64,000 nucleotides of DNA from Escherichia coli (GTDB lineage Bacteria > Pseudomonadota > Gammaproteobacteria > Enterobacterales > Enterobacteriaceae). The notes below the pieces were generated by a model. It ran no database searches. It saw only the letters and a list, made by a program, of their open reading frames with translations, and had not been told where the DNA came from. Position 1 is the first letter of the stretch, and the number at the start of each line of letters is the position of its first letter. Position numbers and translations under genes: made by a program. The stretch is taken from assembly GCF_003334785.1 (NCBI RefSeq), contig NZ_QOWV01000007.1, one strand, 5' to 3'. Shown here in pieces: positions 1 through 12,337 of the stretch.

Positions 1-1291
1 CTAAAATCGTAATTACCTGTTGCTCAGCAATCAGTAATTTAAGACGCGTAATTAACGCAGTTTTATCAGCAAAATGTTCGCCAACGCCGCTGGCGGTGCT
101 GATAGCATGGCTTTGTTTACCCACGCTTAACACGCGGTCAATACCAGCAGCTTTTGCCGCCTCGCCCACCTGTACATGGCAGGCTTCGCTTTCAGCGCCC
201 AGTTCCGCCATATCGCCCACCACCAGCACGCGGTAGCCCGGCATTTCAGCCAGTACCTGGACTGCTGCAGTCATTGAACCGACATTGGCGTTGTAGGAGT
301 CGTCGAGCAGCAACTGGTTTTCTGCCAGTTGGATGGGGAACAGACGGCCTGGAACAGCTTTCAGATTTGCCAGCCCCGCTTTGATAGCATCAAGCGTTGC
401 GCCCACGGACATGGAGAGCGCAGCGGCTGCCAGCGCATTCGCAATATTGTGACGCCCCGGCAACGGCAGCAGAACATCGACGCTACCGGTTGGGGTTTGT
501 AGGGTAAATTCCGTACCGTGCGAGGTCACATGGATATTGGTGGCGGTGAAATCGCTGTTGGCGGCATTGGGTGAGAAACGCCACACTTTGCGTGAGCCAA
601 TTACGCTCTGCCAGTTCAGCCAGTCGTTGTTGTCGGCGTTCATAATGGCGATACCGTTTTCCGGCAGGCCGCTAAAGATTTCACCTTTCGCTTTCGCGAC
701 ACCCGCAAGCGAGCCAAAACCTTCCAGATGCGCCGCTGCCAGGTTGTTGACCAGCGCAGCTTCCGGGCGAGTCAGACTCACAGTCCAGGCTATTTCGCCC
801 TGATGGTTCGCGCCAAGTTCAATAACTGCGTAATCGTATTCCGGCGTTAAGCGCAACAGCGTCATCGGTACACCGATGTCGTTGTTGAGATTGCCTGCCG
901 TATAAAGCGTGTTGCCGCACTGGCTTAAAATCGCCGCCGTCATCTCTTTAACGGAGGTTTTGCCGGAGGACCCCGTCAGAGCAACCACGCGCGCCGGAAC
1001 TTGCTGGCGAACCCATGCAGCCAGTTCACCAAACGCCAGACGCGTATCCTTGACGATTAACTGCGGCAGGTCGATGTCCAGCGGACGGCTAACCAGTAGT
1101 GCGCCTGCGCCGCCAGCTTTCGCCTGGTCGGCAAAATCGTGGGCATCAAAACGTTCGCCTTTCAGGGCAACAAACAGGCAGCCCGGCGTCAGTTTTCGGG
1201 TATCAGTGGTTACAGCATCAAGGGTGATATCTGCACCTTGCAGTTCACCGTTGAGAATGTCGGTAAGTTGGCTAAGGGTTACGCTAATCAT
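1..1291 (-). CDS. murF: UDP-MurNAc-tripeptide--D-Ala-D-Ala ligase MurF, 3' end cut by window edge (about 430 of 452 codons present)
   Basis: Minus-strand frame open from 1291 to window start; reverse complement of 1261-1291 reads [10 protein letters not shown]; codons near window start read ...[29 protein letters not shown]; ATG at 1291 overlaps murE stop (ATGA). Absent from ORF track because no stop lies inside the window. Confidence 0.9.
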   Translation of the reverse strand, partial: MISVTLSQLTDILNGELQGADITLDAVTTDTRKLTPGCLFVALKGERFDAHDFADQAKAGGAGALLVSRPLDIDLPQLIVKDTRLAFGELAAWVRQQVPARVVALTGSSGKTSVKEMTAAILSQCGNTLYTAGNLNNDIGVPMTLLRLTPEYDYAVIELGANHQGEIAWTVSLTRPEAALVNNLAAAHLEGFGSLAGVAKAKGEIFSGLPENGIAIMNADNNDWLNWQSVIGSRKVWRFSPNAANSDFTATNIHVTSHGTEFTLQTPTGSVDVLLPLPGRHNIANALAAAALSMSVGATLDAIKAGLANLKAVPGRLFPIQLAENQLLLDDSYNANVGSMTAAVQVLAEMPGYRVLVVGDMAELGAESEACHVQVGEAAKAAGIDRVLSVGKQSHAISTASGVGEHFADKTALITRLKLLIAEQQVITIL

Positions 1292-2775
1292 GCAATCACC
1301 CCCAGCAGACGCGCCACCGTGACGCGATCGGAGTAGTCCAGACGCTGATTGCCAACAATCTGGTAATCTTCATGGCCTTTGCCCGCGACCAGTACCACAT
1401 CATTCTCTTTAGCCTGCATAACGGCGCAAGTCACCGCTTCAGCACGGCCTTCCATCACTTTGGCATGTCCGGCATCTAACATTCCCGCCAGAATATCGTT
1501 GATGATGGCACGCGGTTCTTCGGTACGCGGGTTATCGTCCGTCACCACCGCCACGTCAGCAAACTCTTCGGCAATTGCGCCCATCAGTGGACGCTTACCT
1601 TTATCGCGATCGCCACCACAGCCAAAGACACACCACAGCTTGCCCGCACAGTGCAGACGCGCCGCCTGTAAGGCTTTTTCCAGTGCATCCGGCGTATGCG
1701 CGTAATCCACCACCACCGTCGGTTTGCCTGGCGCAGTGAACACTTCCATACGTCCGCAAACCGGTTGCAGACGCGCGGCGGTTTTCAGCAGATCAGCCAG
1801 TGGATAGCCGAGTGCCAACAGTGTCGCCAGCGCGAGCAGCAGGTTGCTGACGTTAAAAGCGCCCATCAGATGGCTTTCAATTTCGCCATCGCCCCAACTT
1901 GAGCTAAAGCGAATCGTCGCACCGCTGTCGTGATAGTTCACTTCGGTCGCTTTCAACCAGCGTCCGTGACAGTTCGGATTAATATGATCTTCCATTGATA
2001 CCGCAACCGCGTCCGGCAGTTTTGCCAGCCAGCGGCGGCCCACTTCATCGTCGGCGTTAATAATCGCCTGACCGCAATGATGCTCAGAATAAAGCAGCCA
2101 TTTCGCGGCTTCGTAGTGTTCCATATCACCATGATAATCAAGGTGATCGCGGCTTAAGTTGGTAAAGACCGACGCCGCAAATTTCAATGCCGCCACACGG
2201 TGCTGTACCAGCCCGTGGGAGGAAACTTCCATTGCGCAAAACGTCGCGCCCTGATCCACCAGCCCCGCCAGCTCATGCTGAACATCGACTGCCGAACCGG
2301 TTGTATTTTCTGTCGGGATCACTTTCCCCAGCAGGCCGTTACCAACGGTGCCCATTACCGCGCTGGTTTCGCCAAGCAGTTGGCTCCACTGCGCCAACAG
2401 CTGGGTAGTCGTGGTTTTGCCGTTGGTGCCCGTTACGCCCACGAGACGTAAATTGTCAGAGGGTTCATGGTAAAAGCGGCCCGCCAGTGCAGATAAACGC
2501 TCGTTGAGCTGGCTGAGATAGATGACCGGTACGCCGTGCATTTCACGGATTTCACCATCGGTCGCCTCATCTTTCGCCTCTGCAATAATGGCAGCCACAC
2601 CTTGCGCTATCGCCTGCGGGATATATCGACGCCCGTCCGCCTGATGACCTACTACAGCTACAAAGAGATCGCCCGCCGCAGCCACACGGCTGTCGAGTGT
2701 CATCTCTCGCAGTGCTCGCGAAGGTGCGTCTGGCACCCACGGAGCAAGAAGGTCGCGCAAATTACGATCTGCCAC
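1288..2775 (-). CDS. murE: UDP-MurNAc-L-Ala-D-Glu--meso-diaminopimelate ligase MurE
   Basis: 495-aa ORF; Mur ligase P-loop GTNGKTT; stop overlaps murF start. Confidence 0.96.
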
Positions 2776-4528
2776 CTGTCCCCTCGCCTTGATTAATCAC
2801 AAATTCATTTTTATCGCCCGTTGTCAGCGCATCCGGCTCGATGTTCATGGTACGCAATACGCCGCCCATGATGGCACCAAAGACCGGCGCGGAAACGGCG
2901 CCGCCGTAGTATTTACCCGCCTGCGGATCGTTGATAACAACAACCAGCGCGAAGCGCGGCTGACTCGCAGGCGCAACGCCTGCGGTATAAGCAATATATT
3001 TATTGATGTAGCGACCGTCCGGCCCGACCTTTTTCGCGGTACCGGTTTTAATGGCGATACGATAGCCTTTAATCGCCGCCTTCACGCCGCCGCCGCCTGG
3101 TAGCGCCACGCTTTCCATCATATGCACCACAGTGCGGACAATGGATTCCGGGAAGACACGTTCACCGGGAACCGGGGGGTCAACTTTGGTAATCGACAGT
3201 GGGCGATAAATGCCGTAGCTGCCGATAGTTGCGTAGACTCGCGCTAACTGTAATGGTGTTACCATTAGCCCGTAGCCGAAAGAGAAGGTGGCCCTCTCTA
3301 TGTCAGACCACCGTTGTTTTTGAGGATATAAGCCACTGCGTTCTCCGACCAACCCCAAATTGGTCGCTTTTCCCAGTCCAAAACGTGAGTAAGTATCTAC
3401 TAACGCTGAGGACGGCATCGCTAACGCCAGCTTGGAAACACCGACGTTACTCGACTTCTGTAATACCCCGGTCAGGGTTAATTCGCTGTAGCGTGCCACG
3501 TCTTTGATTTCGTGGCCGTTAATTCGATAAGGAATGGTATTGAGTACCGAGTTTTCCCGCACCACGCCACGTTGCAACGCGGTCATTACCACCATCGGTT
3601 TAACCGTTGAGCCCGGTTCAAACACGTCGGTGATGGTACGGTTACGCATCGCCTCTTTCGGCGTGCCGCTCAGATTGTTAGGGTTGTATGACGGGCTGTT
3701 AGCCATCGCCAGCACTTCACCGGTGTTGACATCCACCAGCACGGCGCTACCAGATTCAGCCTTGTTAAAGGCCACCGCGTTGTTCAGTTCGCGATAAACC
3801 AGCGCCTGCAGGCGTTCATCAATACTCAGCGCCAGGTTGTGCGCTGCCTGGCTGTCAGTAGAAGAAATATCTTCAATTACGCGACCATAGCGGTCTTTAC
3901 GCACAATGCGCTCACCCGGCTGCCCGGTAAGCCATTTATCGAAACTCTTCTCAACGCCCTCAATCCCTTGACTATCGACGTTAGTAAAGCCGATGAGGTG
4001 AGCAGTCACTTCGCCGGACGGATAGTAACGGCGAGACTCTTCACGCAGATGAATCCCCGGCAGTTTCAGTTTTTTGATGTAGTCCGCCATGTCAGGGTTC
4101 ACCTGACGCGCCAGATAAATAAAGCGCCCTTTCGGGTTGGCGTTAATGCGGGCTGAAAGCTGATCCAGCGGAATATTGAGCGCGTTAGCCAGCGCCTTCC
4201 AGCGGTCACCGACGCTGATACCGCCAGCGTCATGCACTTCTTTCGGGTCAGCCCAAATCGCTTTTACCGGCACGCTCACCGCTAACGGGCGACCAGAACG
4301 GTCAGTAATCATGCCGCGGGAGGTGGAAACTTGCTGAACGCGAAGAGAACGCATGTCGCCCTCTTTCACCAGCATATCCGGGGAGATAACTTGTAACCAC
4401 GCTACGCGTCCGAGCAGAAAAGCCAGCGCCAGGAGAATACAGCCGCATAACAACGCAAAACGCCAACTGATAAAGTTGGCATGTTCTTCCTGACGTTTTG
4501 GTTTCTGCGTTTTCGCCGCTGCTTTCAT
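2762..4528 (-). CDS. ftsI: Septal peptidoglycan transpeptidase FtsI (PBP3)
   Basis: 588-aa ORF; N-terminal membrane anchor; class B PBP motifs STVK, SSN, KTGT; 14-bp overlap with murE start. Confidence 0.96.
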
Positions 4529-4543
4529 GCGTCGCGTTTATCC

Positions 4544-4909
4544 TTATTTTTGCACTACGATATTTTCTTGTGACGGATCAACATGCTGCATTTGCAGCTT
4601 TTCCGTGGCGATCCTTTCCACCCGGCTATGGTCGCCGAGCGCATTCTCTTCAAGGATCAGGTTGCGCCATTCAATGTCTAAAGCATCTCGCTCCAGCACC
4701 AGTTGTTCGCGCTGAGCGGTCAGTAAACGGGTATGGTGCGCCGTGGTTACCACAGTCACCGCCGTCAAAATAATGCAAATGAACAGGCAGAGTGGCAGCT
4801 TCCCAAATCGCAAAAGATCGTCACCGATAACACCAGGCAATGCATGGCGCTCGTGGCTTCCCATCGATCCTTTAACTTTGCTTAGAGCTTCTGTCACTCT
4901 GCTGATCAT
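4544..4909 (-). CDS. ftsL: Cell division protein FtsL
   Basis: 121-aa ORF with single TM segment; 4-bp overlap with rsmH stop; position between rsmH and ftsI. Confidence 0.93.
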
Positions 4910-5847
4910 GCATTCGTCCTCTCTGCAATACGCAGAACTGAACTACGGGCACGAGGGTTCTCAGCCACCTCTTCTTCGCCCGGCATTAACTTGCCTAGTG
5001 CTCGCAGCTGACGGCCACCCAGTTTTTTGAGCTGCTCTTCAGTCATCGGTAACCCTGCCGGAACTTGCGGACCGCGGCTGTTTTCACGCATAAAACGTTT
5101 CACAATACGGTCTTCCAGCGAGTGGAAGCTGATGATCGAAAGCCGCCCACCCGGGGCCAGCACGTTGAGCGAGCTTTTTAGCGCCTGCTCTATCTCCTCC
5201 AGTTCACTGTTTACCCAAATGCGCACCGCCTGGAAGGTACGGGTCGCGGGATGTTTAAACTTATCTTTCACCGGCGTTGCAGCAGCCACGACTTCCGCCA
5301 GTTCTTTGGTGCGGGTCATCGGCTGTTCGCGGTTACGCTCGACAATGGCGCGGGCAATGCGTTTGGCAAAACGCTCTTCACCATAGGTTTTCAATACCCA
5401 GGCGATATCGGCTTCTTCTGCGGTTTGTAGCCATTCAGCGGCTGACTGCCCACGGGTTGGGTCCATACGCATGTCCAGCGGACCATCGCGCATAAAGGAA
5501 AAGCCACGTTCAGCATCATCAAGTTGCGGTGAAGAGACGCCAAGATCGAGGAGAATGCCGTCGATCTTGCCGATAAGATCGCGCTCGGCAACGTATTCGC
5601 CCAGCGCGGAGAAAGGTCCGTGGATGATGGAGAAGCGCGGATCATCAATAGTCTTCGCAACGGCGATAGCCTGCGGGTCGCGATCGATCGCCAGCAAACG
5701 CCCCTCTTCGCCAAGCTGCGAGAGGATCAGACGTGAGTGACCACCGCGACCAAAAGTCCCATCAATGTAGATGCCATCAGGACGGATATTGAGGCCATTA
5801 ACGGCTTCATCCAGCAGCACCGTAGTATGTTTATAGTTTTCCATCAT
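4906..5847 (-). CDS. rsmH: 16S rRNA m4C1402 methyltransferase RsmH (MraW)
   Basis: Track ORF 4906..5976 is an upstream extension; conserved N-terminus [16 protein letters not shown] begins at internal ATG 5847 (313 codons); SAM-binding [10 protein letters not shown]. Confidence 0.94.
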
Positions 5848-5848
5848 T

Positions 5849-6307
5849 TTATAGAGACAAGTCCTGCAGTCGCTCCGATAAGTCTCCGGTAGCCAACTGC
5901 TCTGCGTCGATATCTTCCTTGACCTGTTGATGCCAGGTTGTTTCATCCCACAGCTCAAACTTGTTGAACTGTCCAACCAGCATCACTTCTTTTGTCAGCC
6001 CGGCATGTTGCCGCAGTACTGGCGCGATTAACAATCGACCTGCGCCATCCATCTGACATTCGCTGGCATGACCTAACAGTAGGCGCTGCACACGGCGCTC
6101 AACCGGGTTCATGCTCGACAGACGCGATAATTTTTGCTCGATAATTTCCCATTCAGGCAGGGGGTAAAGCAGCAGGCACGGGTGATAAATGTCAATGGTG
6201 CAAACCATTTGACCGGCAGCGTTCTCAAGCAGCTGTTCCCGATAACGGGTAGGCACTGATAAGCGCCCTTTGCTGTCGAGATTGACTAACGTTGCTCCCC
6301 GGAACAT
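5849..6307 (-). CDS. mraZ: Transcriptional regulator MraZ
   Basis: N-terminus [19 protein letters not shown] at ATG 6307 (track ORF starts at upstream TTG 6343); 152 codons; first gene of dcw cluster. Confidence 0.93.
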
Positions 6308-6325
6308 GCCAGCCTCACCCCTTAT

Positions 6326-6350
6326 TCCCACTTTGCCCCACAATTTCCCA
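6326..6350 (-). promoter_or_regulatory. Three direct TGGGN repeats at 10-bp period (MraZ operator) in mraZ 5' leader
   Basis: Plus strand shows tccca/cccca/tccca at 6326-6330, 6336-6340, 6346-6350; on the coding strand TGGGA-N5-TGGGG-N5-TGGGA, 19-43 nt upstream of the mraZ ATG. Confidence 0.75.
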
Positions 6351-6354
6351 CTGA

Positions 6355-6390
6355 AAGGAGTTTACGGAGCTGAGGAAAAGCTTGTCAAGC
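6355..6390 (-). promoter_or_regulatory. Candidate Pmra promoter (-35 TTGACA)
   Basis: Minus-strand TTGACA (plus tgtcaa about 6383-6388) followed about 17 bp later by gtaaac-like -10; position fits the dcw cluster promoter. Confidence 0.5.
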
Positions 6391-6861
6391 CAGTCACAAG
6401 GCATACCGAGGTAAAAAACCCGATGTTTACGGCTAATATCAGCGTTGTTTATTTTACGTCCAACGTGCGAAGCAAATTAACGTTATGAATAGCTGTAAGA
6501 AAAAATCCCTCATCGTCATCACCGTTTTAAAATGACTCACTATTTTCCACAGCAAATATAAAGTGTCAGTTTGCGACGCGAGCGGCATTTTAGGACATAT
6601 CTTCCCCGGTTAACAGTCCTTGTTACGTCTGTGTGGCGCTTGATGCCAGCGGGTTTGCGCAAAAGCAAAGAAAAGTGTTTGTTAAATCGGCAATTCATCG
6701 CCGCATGTAACAAAATAATGCAAAAACGCGCTGTCGATATCACTTAATTATTGTGAATTTCAGCTGGTGAGTTAATTAACGGGCGGGTTTAAAAGCATTT
6801 ATCAATAATAGTCAGGAATAGTCTTATTTACTTTAAGCATATTGATGTCCAGTCCCGTACT

Positions 6862-6899
6862 CTACGCGCCAGAGGGAAATTCACCTGGCGCGTATTTTT
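6862..6899. terminator. Hairpin with T-run just 3' of cra stop
   Basis: acgcgccag ... ctggcgcgt inverted repeat at about 6864-6893 followed by attttt on plus strand; lies 10-45 nt downstream of cra stop. Confidence 0.5.
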
Positions 6900-6908
6900 G
6901 TTCGCGGC

Positions 6909-7913
6909 TTAGCTACGGCTGAGCACGCCGCGGCGATAGAGATTACGTTTAATGCGCGTTAAACCAGGTTTTGGCTTACGCGGTTCGTCCAGGCTTGCCA
7001 GGACAATCTCCAGCACACGCTCTGCGACATCGCGGTGACGTTGAGCCACTGCCAGCACCGGACACTGTAAGAAGTCGAGCAGTTCGTTATCGCCAAAGGT
7101 GGCAATTGCCAGGTCAGAAGGCAGTTTGCCGTCGCGACGCAGCGTGACATCCATCACTCCTTGCAACAACGCAAACGACGTTGTGAACAGCGCCTGCGGC
7201 ATCGGATGCGTTTCCAGCCATTTTTCGAATAACTGGGCAGCCGCCTCCCGCTCATAGCTGTTGGCATACAGGAAATGCACTTCGCGCGGATCATCTTTCC
7301 AGGCAGTACGGAAACCTTGTTCACGCAGGAAGCTGACAGAAAGCTCCGGTAGCGCACCAAGATAAAGCACCGTCTCGGCGGGAAACTTACGTAACTCTTC
7401 CGCCAGCATTTCGGCATCATCCTGATCGGCACCAACCACGCTGGTGAAGTGTTCACGATCGAGGGCGCGGTCCAGCGCGACAATCGGGAACGGGTCGTTA
7501 GCCCAGCGTTGATAAAAAGGATGCTCAGGAGGCAACGACGTCGAAACAATAATGGCATCAACCTGACGCTGTAAAAGGTGCTCAATGCACCGCATTTCGT
7601 TGTCTGGCTGATCTTCTGAGCAGGCAATCAGCAGTTGATAACCCCGTTGCCGCGCCTGGCGTTCAAGATAGTTAGCGATGCGGGTATAGCTGGTGTTCTC
7701 CAGATCGGGGATCACAAGACCAATAGAACGTGTGCGTCCAGCACGAAGCCCAGCTGCCACGGCGTTCGGGTGGTAATTGTGCTCACGCACCACAGCCATG
7801 ACTTTTTCAACGGTTTTGTCGCTCACACGGTATTGCTTCGCTTTGCCGTTAATAACATAGCTTGCAGTGGTCCGCGACACTCCCGCCAGCCGAGCGATTT
7901 CATCCAGTTTCAC
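6909..7913 (-). CDS. cra: Catabolite repressor/activator Cra (FruR), LacI family
   Basis: 334-aa ORF, GTG start; N-terminal [23 protein letters not shown]; periplasmic-binding-like effector domain. Confidence 0.95.
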   Translation of the reverse strand: MKLDEIARLAGVSRTTASYVINGKAKQYRVSDKTVEKVMAVVREHNYHPNAVAAGLRAGRTRSIGLVIPDLENTSYTRIANYLERQARQRGYQLLIACSEDQPDNEMRCIEHLLQRQVDAIIVSTSLPPEHPFYQRWANDPFPIVALDRALDREHFTSVVGADQDDAEMLAEELRKFPAETVLYLGALPELSVSFLREQGFRTAWKDDPREVHFLYANSYEREAAAQLFEKWLETHPMPQALFTTSFALLQGVMDVTLRRDGKLPSDLAIATFGDNELLDFLQCPVLAVAQRHRDVAERVLEIVLASLDEPRKPKPGLTRIKRNLYRRGVLSRS

Positions 7914-8037
7914 AATTGCCCCTTGCGTAAAATGTAAAAACCATAGCCATTGTACTGGTATGGGTTAAATTCATTAACATCTAAGCGCAGAAAATTAACT
8001 GCGGCAACTGCTTTTATTCCAGGTTCCCACTGATTTC

Positions 8038-8068
8038 GCAAAAAAAGCCCAACGTGACATGTTGGGCT
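8038..8068 (-). terminator. Intrinsic terminator after ilvIH
   Basis: Minus strand: GC-rich stem (plus gcccaacgtgacatgttgggc, about 8047-8067) followed by U-run (plus A-run 8040-8046), about 25 nt after ilvH stop. Confidence 0.7.
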
Positions 8069-8092
8069 GTAAATTGCGCATTGAGATCATTC

Positions 8093-8584
8093 TCAACGCA
8101 TTATTTTATCGCCGCGCGAAAGTCCGACCACACCAGAGCGAGCAACCTCCACAATTTTCGCCACATCGCGAATCGATGCTAAAAATGCATCAAGCTTACC
8201 GCTGGTGCCTGCTAATTGAACGGTATAAAGCGAGGGTGTGACATCGATAATTTGCCCACGGAATATTTCCGTATTACGTTTCACTTCGTCACGCCCGTAA
8301 CCGCTGGCCTGAATTTTCACCAGCATGATTTCCCGCTCAACATGCGCGCCCTGCCCCAACTCACTCACGCGCAAGACATCGACCAGTTTGTGTAATTGCT
8401 TTTCGATCTGCTCAAGTACTTTTTCATCGCCCACGGTCTGGATGGTCATACGCGATAATGTCGGATCGTCGGTTGGCGCAACGGTCAGGCTTTCAATGTT
8501 GTAGCCACGCTGGGAAAAAAGGCCAATCACGCGGGATAACGCGCCTGATTCATTTTCGAGTAAGACTGATAATATCCGGCGCAT
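8093..8584 (-). CDS. ilvH: Acetolactate synthase III small (regulatory) subunit IlvH
   Basis: N-terminus [19 protein letters not shown] at 8584 (track ORF extended upstream); ACT-domain protein; 2-bp spacer after ilvI. Confidence 0.94.
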
Positions 8585-8586
8585 AA

Positions 8587-10311
8587 TCAGGTTCTCTCCG
8601 TTTTGCTTAACCACATTTCATCCATTCCGCCCCCGCGAATCTGCATCGGGTAGACGTGCTCGCTGCCATCGACGGTAACATCAACAAACACCAGGCGATT
8701 ATTGCGCACCTGTTCCAGCGCCTCGCTAAGTTTGCTTTCCAGCTCATGCGGATGAGAAATCTGGATCCCGACATGCCCATAGGCTTCCGCCAGACGGACG
8801 AAATCGGGTAGCGATTGCATATAAGATTGTGAATGACGGCCGGAATAGATCATGTCCTGCCACTGCTTCACCATCCCCAGATAGCGGTTATTGAGATTCA
8901 CCACCAGTACGGGCAACTCGTATTGCAACGCGGTAGACAGTTCCTGGATGTTCATCTGAATACTGCCGTCGCCAGTGACGCAAACCACGGTTTCTTCTGG
9001 CAACGCCATTTTGACGCCCAGTGCCGCAGGTAAACCAAAACCCATCGTGCCGAGGCCACCGGAATTGATCCAGCGACGCGGTTTGTCGAATGGATAATAA
9101 AGTGCAGCAAACATCTGGTGCTGCCCGACATCGGACGTCACGTAAGCGTCTCCCTTCGTCAACCGCCAAAGAGTCTCGATCACCGCCTGCGGTTTAATCT
9201 TTTCACTGTGAGTGTCATATTTCAGGCACTGACGAGCGCGCCACTGTTCAATTTGCTGCCACCAGTCGCGGATCTCATCCAGTGGTTGATGGGCGGATTC
9301 TTGCGACAAGAGTTCAAGCATTTGTTCGAGGACCTGGCGAGCATCCCCCACAATCGGGATATCCGCAGTCACGGTTTTAGAAATGGAAGTAGGATCAATA
9401 TCGATATGCAGAACAGTGGCATTTGGGCAGTACTTTGCCAGATTGTTCGTCGTTCGGTCATCAAATCGTACCCCGACGGCGAAAATCACATCCGCGTTAT
9501 GCATCGTCATATTGGCTTCGTAGGTACCGTGCATTCCCAGCATGCCCAGTGCCTGACGATGCGTTGCCGGAAACGCCCCCAGCCCCATCAATGAGCAAAC
9601 AACGGGCAGATTCAACGCCTCCACCGTTTCTTTCAACTGCTGATGGCAGCCCGCCGTGATTGCCCCACCGCCTACGTAGACAACCGGTTTTTTTGCCGCT
9701 ACCAGCGTTTGCAGAGCACGCTTAATTTGCCCTTTATGTCCGGTAGTAGTGGGATTGTAAGAACGCATACTGACCGACTCCGGCCAGACATAGGGTAATT
9801 TGTTCGCCGGATTAAGAATATCTTTCGGTAAATCAACGACTACTGGTCCTGGGCGACCACTTGCCGCCAGCCAGAAAGCCTTTTTCAGCACCTGCGGAAT
9901 GTCTTCCGTTTGCTTAACCAGAAAACTGTGTTTAACCACCGGTCGCGAAATCCCCACCATGTCGCACTCCTGAAAGGCATCGTAACCTATCAACGAGGTC
10001 GCTACCTGCCCGGAAAGGACAACTAATGGAATGGAATCCATATAAGCGGTGGCGATGCCAGTAATCGCATTGGTCGCCCCTGGACCCGACGTTACCAGCA
10101 CGACGCCGACTTCCCCGGTCGCGCGCGCCAGGCCATCGGCCATATGCACCGCCGCCTGCTCATGACGAACTAATACATGATCAATACCACCCACGGTATG
10201 CAATGCATCATAAATATCAAGGACTGCGCCTCCGGGATAACCGAATACTTGTTTAACGCCCTGATCGATAAGCGATCGGACGACCATCTCGGCTCCAGAC
10301 AACATCTCCAT
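8587..10311 (-). CDS. ilvI: Acetolactate synthase III large subunit IlvI
   Basis: Start [11 protein letters not shown] at 10311 (track ORF 8587..10401 extended upstream); 574 codons; TPP-binding region [12 protein letters not shown]. Confidence 0.95.
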   Translation of the reverse strand: MEMLSGAEMVVRSLIDQGVKQVFGYPGGAVLDIYDALHTVGGIDHVLVRHEQAAVHMADGLARATGEVGVVLVTSGPGATNAITGIATAYMDSIPLVVLSGQVATSLIGYDAFQECDMVGISRPVVKHSFLVKQTEDIPQVLKKAFWLAASGRPGPVVVDLPKDILNPANKLPYVWPESVSMRSYNPTTTGHKGQIKRALQTLVAAKKPVVYVGGGAITAGCHQQLKETVEALNLPVVCSLMGLGAFPATHRQALGMLGMHGTYEANMTMHNADVIFAVGVRFDDRTTNNLAKYCPNATVLHIDIDPTSISKTVTADIPIVGDARQVLEQMLELLSQESAHQPLDEIRDWWQQIEQWRARQCLKYDTHSEKIKPQAVIETLWRLTKGDAYVTSDVGQHQMFAALYYPFDKPRRWINSGGLGTMGFGLPAALGVKMALPEETVVCVTGDGSIQMNIQELSTALQYELPVLVVNLNNRYLGMVKQWQDMIYSGRHSQSYMQSLPDFVRLAEAYGHVGIQISHPHELESKLSEALEQVRNNRLVFVDVTVDGSEHVYPMQIRGGGMDEMWLSKTERT

Positions 10312-10576
10312 GGCCTGCCTCACTGTTTGACGGAAAAAATGTGTAAAACACATTAACCGTCCGATCTTGCTTAAGCAATTGGCAGCCAGAGACATAAACA
10401 CGGGGTAATAAGAATAAACAGGAGGAAAGGTGAAAAGAAACGATAAAATCCTCCATTACAGAGGATTAAATTGATAATAAATCGGCTGAATCCCACAACT
10501 TACAGCAATTTCTCTATTTTTTTAATTAATCCTAAAATAGAGAGCCCACACATTCAGAATAAAATTCTACATTCAA

Positions 10577-10622
10577 TAAAAAATGCAGAATAAACCAGAC
10601 ATTCATGTCTGACCTATTCTGC
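10577..10622 (-). terminator. Intrinsic terminator after leuO
   Basis: Minus strand: long hairpin (plus gcagaataaaccagacattcatgtctgacctattctgc, about 10585-10622) followed by U-run; starts 7 nt after leuO stop. Confidence 0.7.
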
Positions 10623-10628
10623 AATCAG

Positions 10629-11573
10629 TTAGCGTTTGCAAATTGAGACTAATTGCTCTTCCATCCACTGATGGCCTTTATCGCGCCCGGCAGCTTCATG
10701 CCAGGAGAGATAACAGGTTCTGCTGTTTTGTTTTAACGGCAGCGGTAATACCTGTAATTCTAAGGATTCAGCGAACTCTTCAGCCAGCCAACGCGGCGCA
10801 ATAGCGACCAAATGCGTTTGCGACACCACGCTAAGTACGCTCATCATTGCCATGCCCTGATACGCGATACTGGCTTGCTTATCTACCGTGTCATACCAAG
10901 GTTGACTAAATGACGCGAAACGATCGAGCGAAACCGCCGCATGTTGTTCGTTATAAACATCATGTTTCAGTAACGGGCCCTTAATTGTTGGATGATTTTT
11001 GCTGGCTACCAGCACCATTTCATCTTTAAATAATGGTACGCTGGTAAATTCAGGACGATGGAAGTCTTCATAACTAATCACAAACTCCGTTTCCTGATAA
11101 CGCAGCTGATGTTCAGTGTTCTGATTTAATGAAGACTTGAACATAACATGTATATTTGGCGCAATCTGCTCAATGTGATTATAAATCTGCGAGGTCAGAA
11201 TGCTGTCTAACGGGCTGCAAACACAAAGATGAAATACACGTTCACTGCTCGCGGGTTCAAAACCTGAACCAGGCAATTCATTTTGTACTAGTTGCAATGC
11301 CTGACGAACTGAACCAAAAAGTTGAAATGCGCGAGCAGTCGGTTGAATACCACGGCCATAACGAACAAAAAGCTCGTCATTAAACATCACCTTCAGGCGT
11401 GCAACAGCGTTACTGACCGCAGGTTGCGACATTCCCAGAACATGAGCGGCACGAGTAATGTTTTGCTCCTGCATCACGGCATCGAAAACGGTTAATAAGT
11501 TGAGATCGACCATGCGTAGCTGTGGTTTGCTTAACTCCGCCGTCTCTGGATGATCTGTTTGTACCTCTGGCAT
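10629..11573 (-). CDS. leuO: LysR-family transcriptional regulator LeuO
   Basis: Start [14 protein letters not shown] at 11573 (track ORF extended upstream into AT-rich DNA); [26 protein letters not shown]; 314 codons. Confidence 0.94.
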   Translation of the reverse strand: MPEVQTDHPETAELSKPQLRMVDLNLLTVFDAVMQEQNITRAAHVLGMSQPAVSNAVARLKVMFNDELFVRYGRGIQPTARAFQLFGSVRQALQLVQNELPGSGFEPASSERVFHLCVCSPLDSILTSQIYNHIEQIAPNIHVMFKSSLNQNTEHQLRYQETEFVISYEDFHRPEFTSVPLFKDEMVLVASKNHPTIKGPLLKHDVYNEQHAAVSLDRFASFSQPWYDTVDKQASIAYQGMAMMSVLSVVSQTHLVAIAPRWLAEEFAESLELQVLPLPLKQNSRTCYLSWHEAAGRDKGHQWMEEQLVSICKR

Positions 11574-12231
11574 ACTTAACTCCACTGTCACACTTAACTC
11601 CCTTTCCCTTATTGGAATGCAGAGAAATAATCCTGAAGAATATGATTTATCATGCATATAAAATAAGAAAAAGCAAAATGAGTAAAATTCGGAAAACATA
11701 AAGATACGGGTTCTGATAAAAACAGAATCCATTGCCGTGGAATGAGTCATTTACCACAGCATAATAATCCATAATGTTTTTGTTGCGAAAACAATCTAAT
11801 CATAACTACCGCGAATACTCAATCATCTACAAAATGGATTAAATGTGCTTATTTAATAATTAATTTATATATTTAATGCATTAATTCTTAACATTAATTG
11901 ATCAATAATATTCACCAAATCAATATCAAAAAAATCGCAAAAGATATAATTCAATACAAATCATCAGGATAGGTTTTGCAACGCGTGCATTTTGTCCCCT
12001 TTTTCCTCGTTGATTAGATGCAAAAATTTATGCTGAAATATGTCAACCGATGAAAAGCGTCGGTAGTTAAGCAGAAATTAATATCGCTTACTTTAACCAC
12101 CGCAGCACAATTAGCTAATTTTACGGATGCAGAACTCACGCTGGCGGGACGTTTTTATTGCGTCAGGGTTGACATCCGTTTTTGTATCCAGTAACTCTAA
12201 AAGCATATCGCATTCATCTGGAGCTGATTTA
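11574..12231. promoter_or_regulatory. AT-rich divergent leuO / leuLABCD control region
   Basis: 658 bp, strongly AT-rich (runs such as aataattaatttatatatttaatgcattaattcttaacattaattg); candidate leu promoter -35 TTGACA at about 12169-12174, about 58 nt upstream of leuL ATG. Confidence 0.7.
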
Positions 12232-12318
12232 ATGACTCACATCGTTCGCTTTATCGGTCTACTACTACTAAACGCATCTTCTTTGCGCGGTAGACGAGTG
12301 AGCGGCATCCAGCATTAA
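12232..12318 (+). CDS. leuL: leu operon leader peptide LeuL
   Basis: 28-codon [31 protein letters not shown] with four consecutive Leu codons, immediately followed by terminator hairpin. Confidence 0.92.
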
Positions 12319-12337
12319 GCCAGCACGCAGTCAAACA

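Noticed and set aside
4906-5976. Track ORFs with N-terminal extensions (rsmH 356 aa, mraZ 164, ilvH 173, ilvI 604, leuO 373, sgrR 558, thiQ 239, araC 309, araA 508, rluA 238, djlA 286, apaG 143, folA 204, kefC 652, yaaU 450, fixA 277, caiC 522, caiD 297, caiF 166)
   Set aside because: Extensions run into upstream genes or intergenic DNA and are not part of the conserved N-termini; true starts were placed at the internal initiation codon that matches the recognised protein.
6540-6743. 67-codon ORF in the cra-mraZ spacer
   Set aside because: Low-complexity basic translation, no RBS, AT-rich intergenic context; most likely noncoding.
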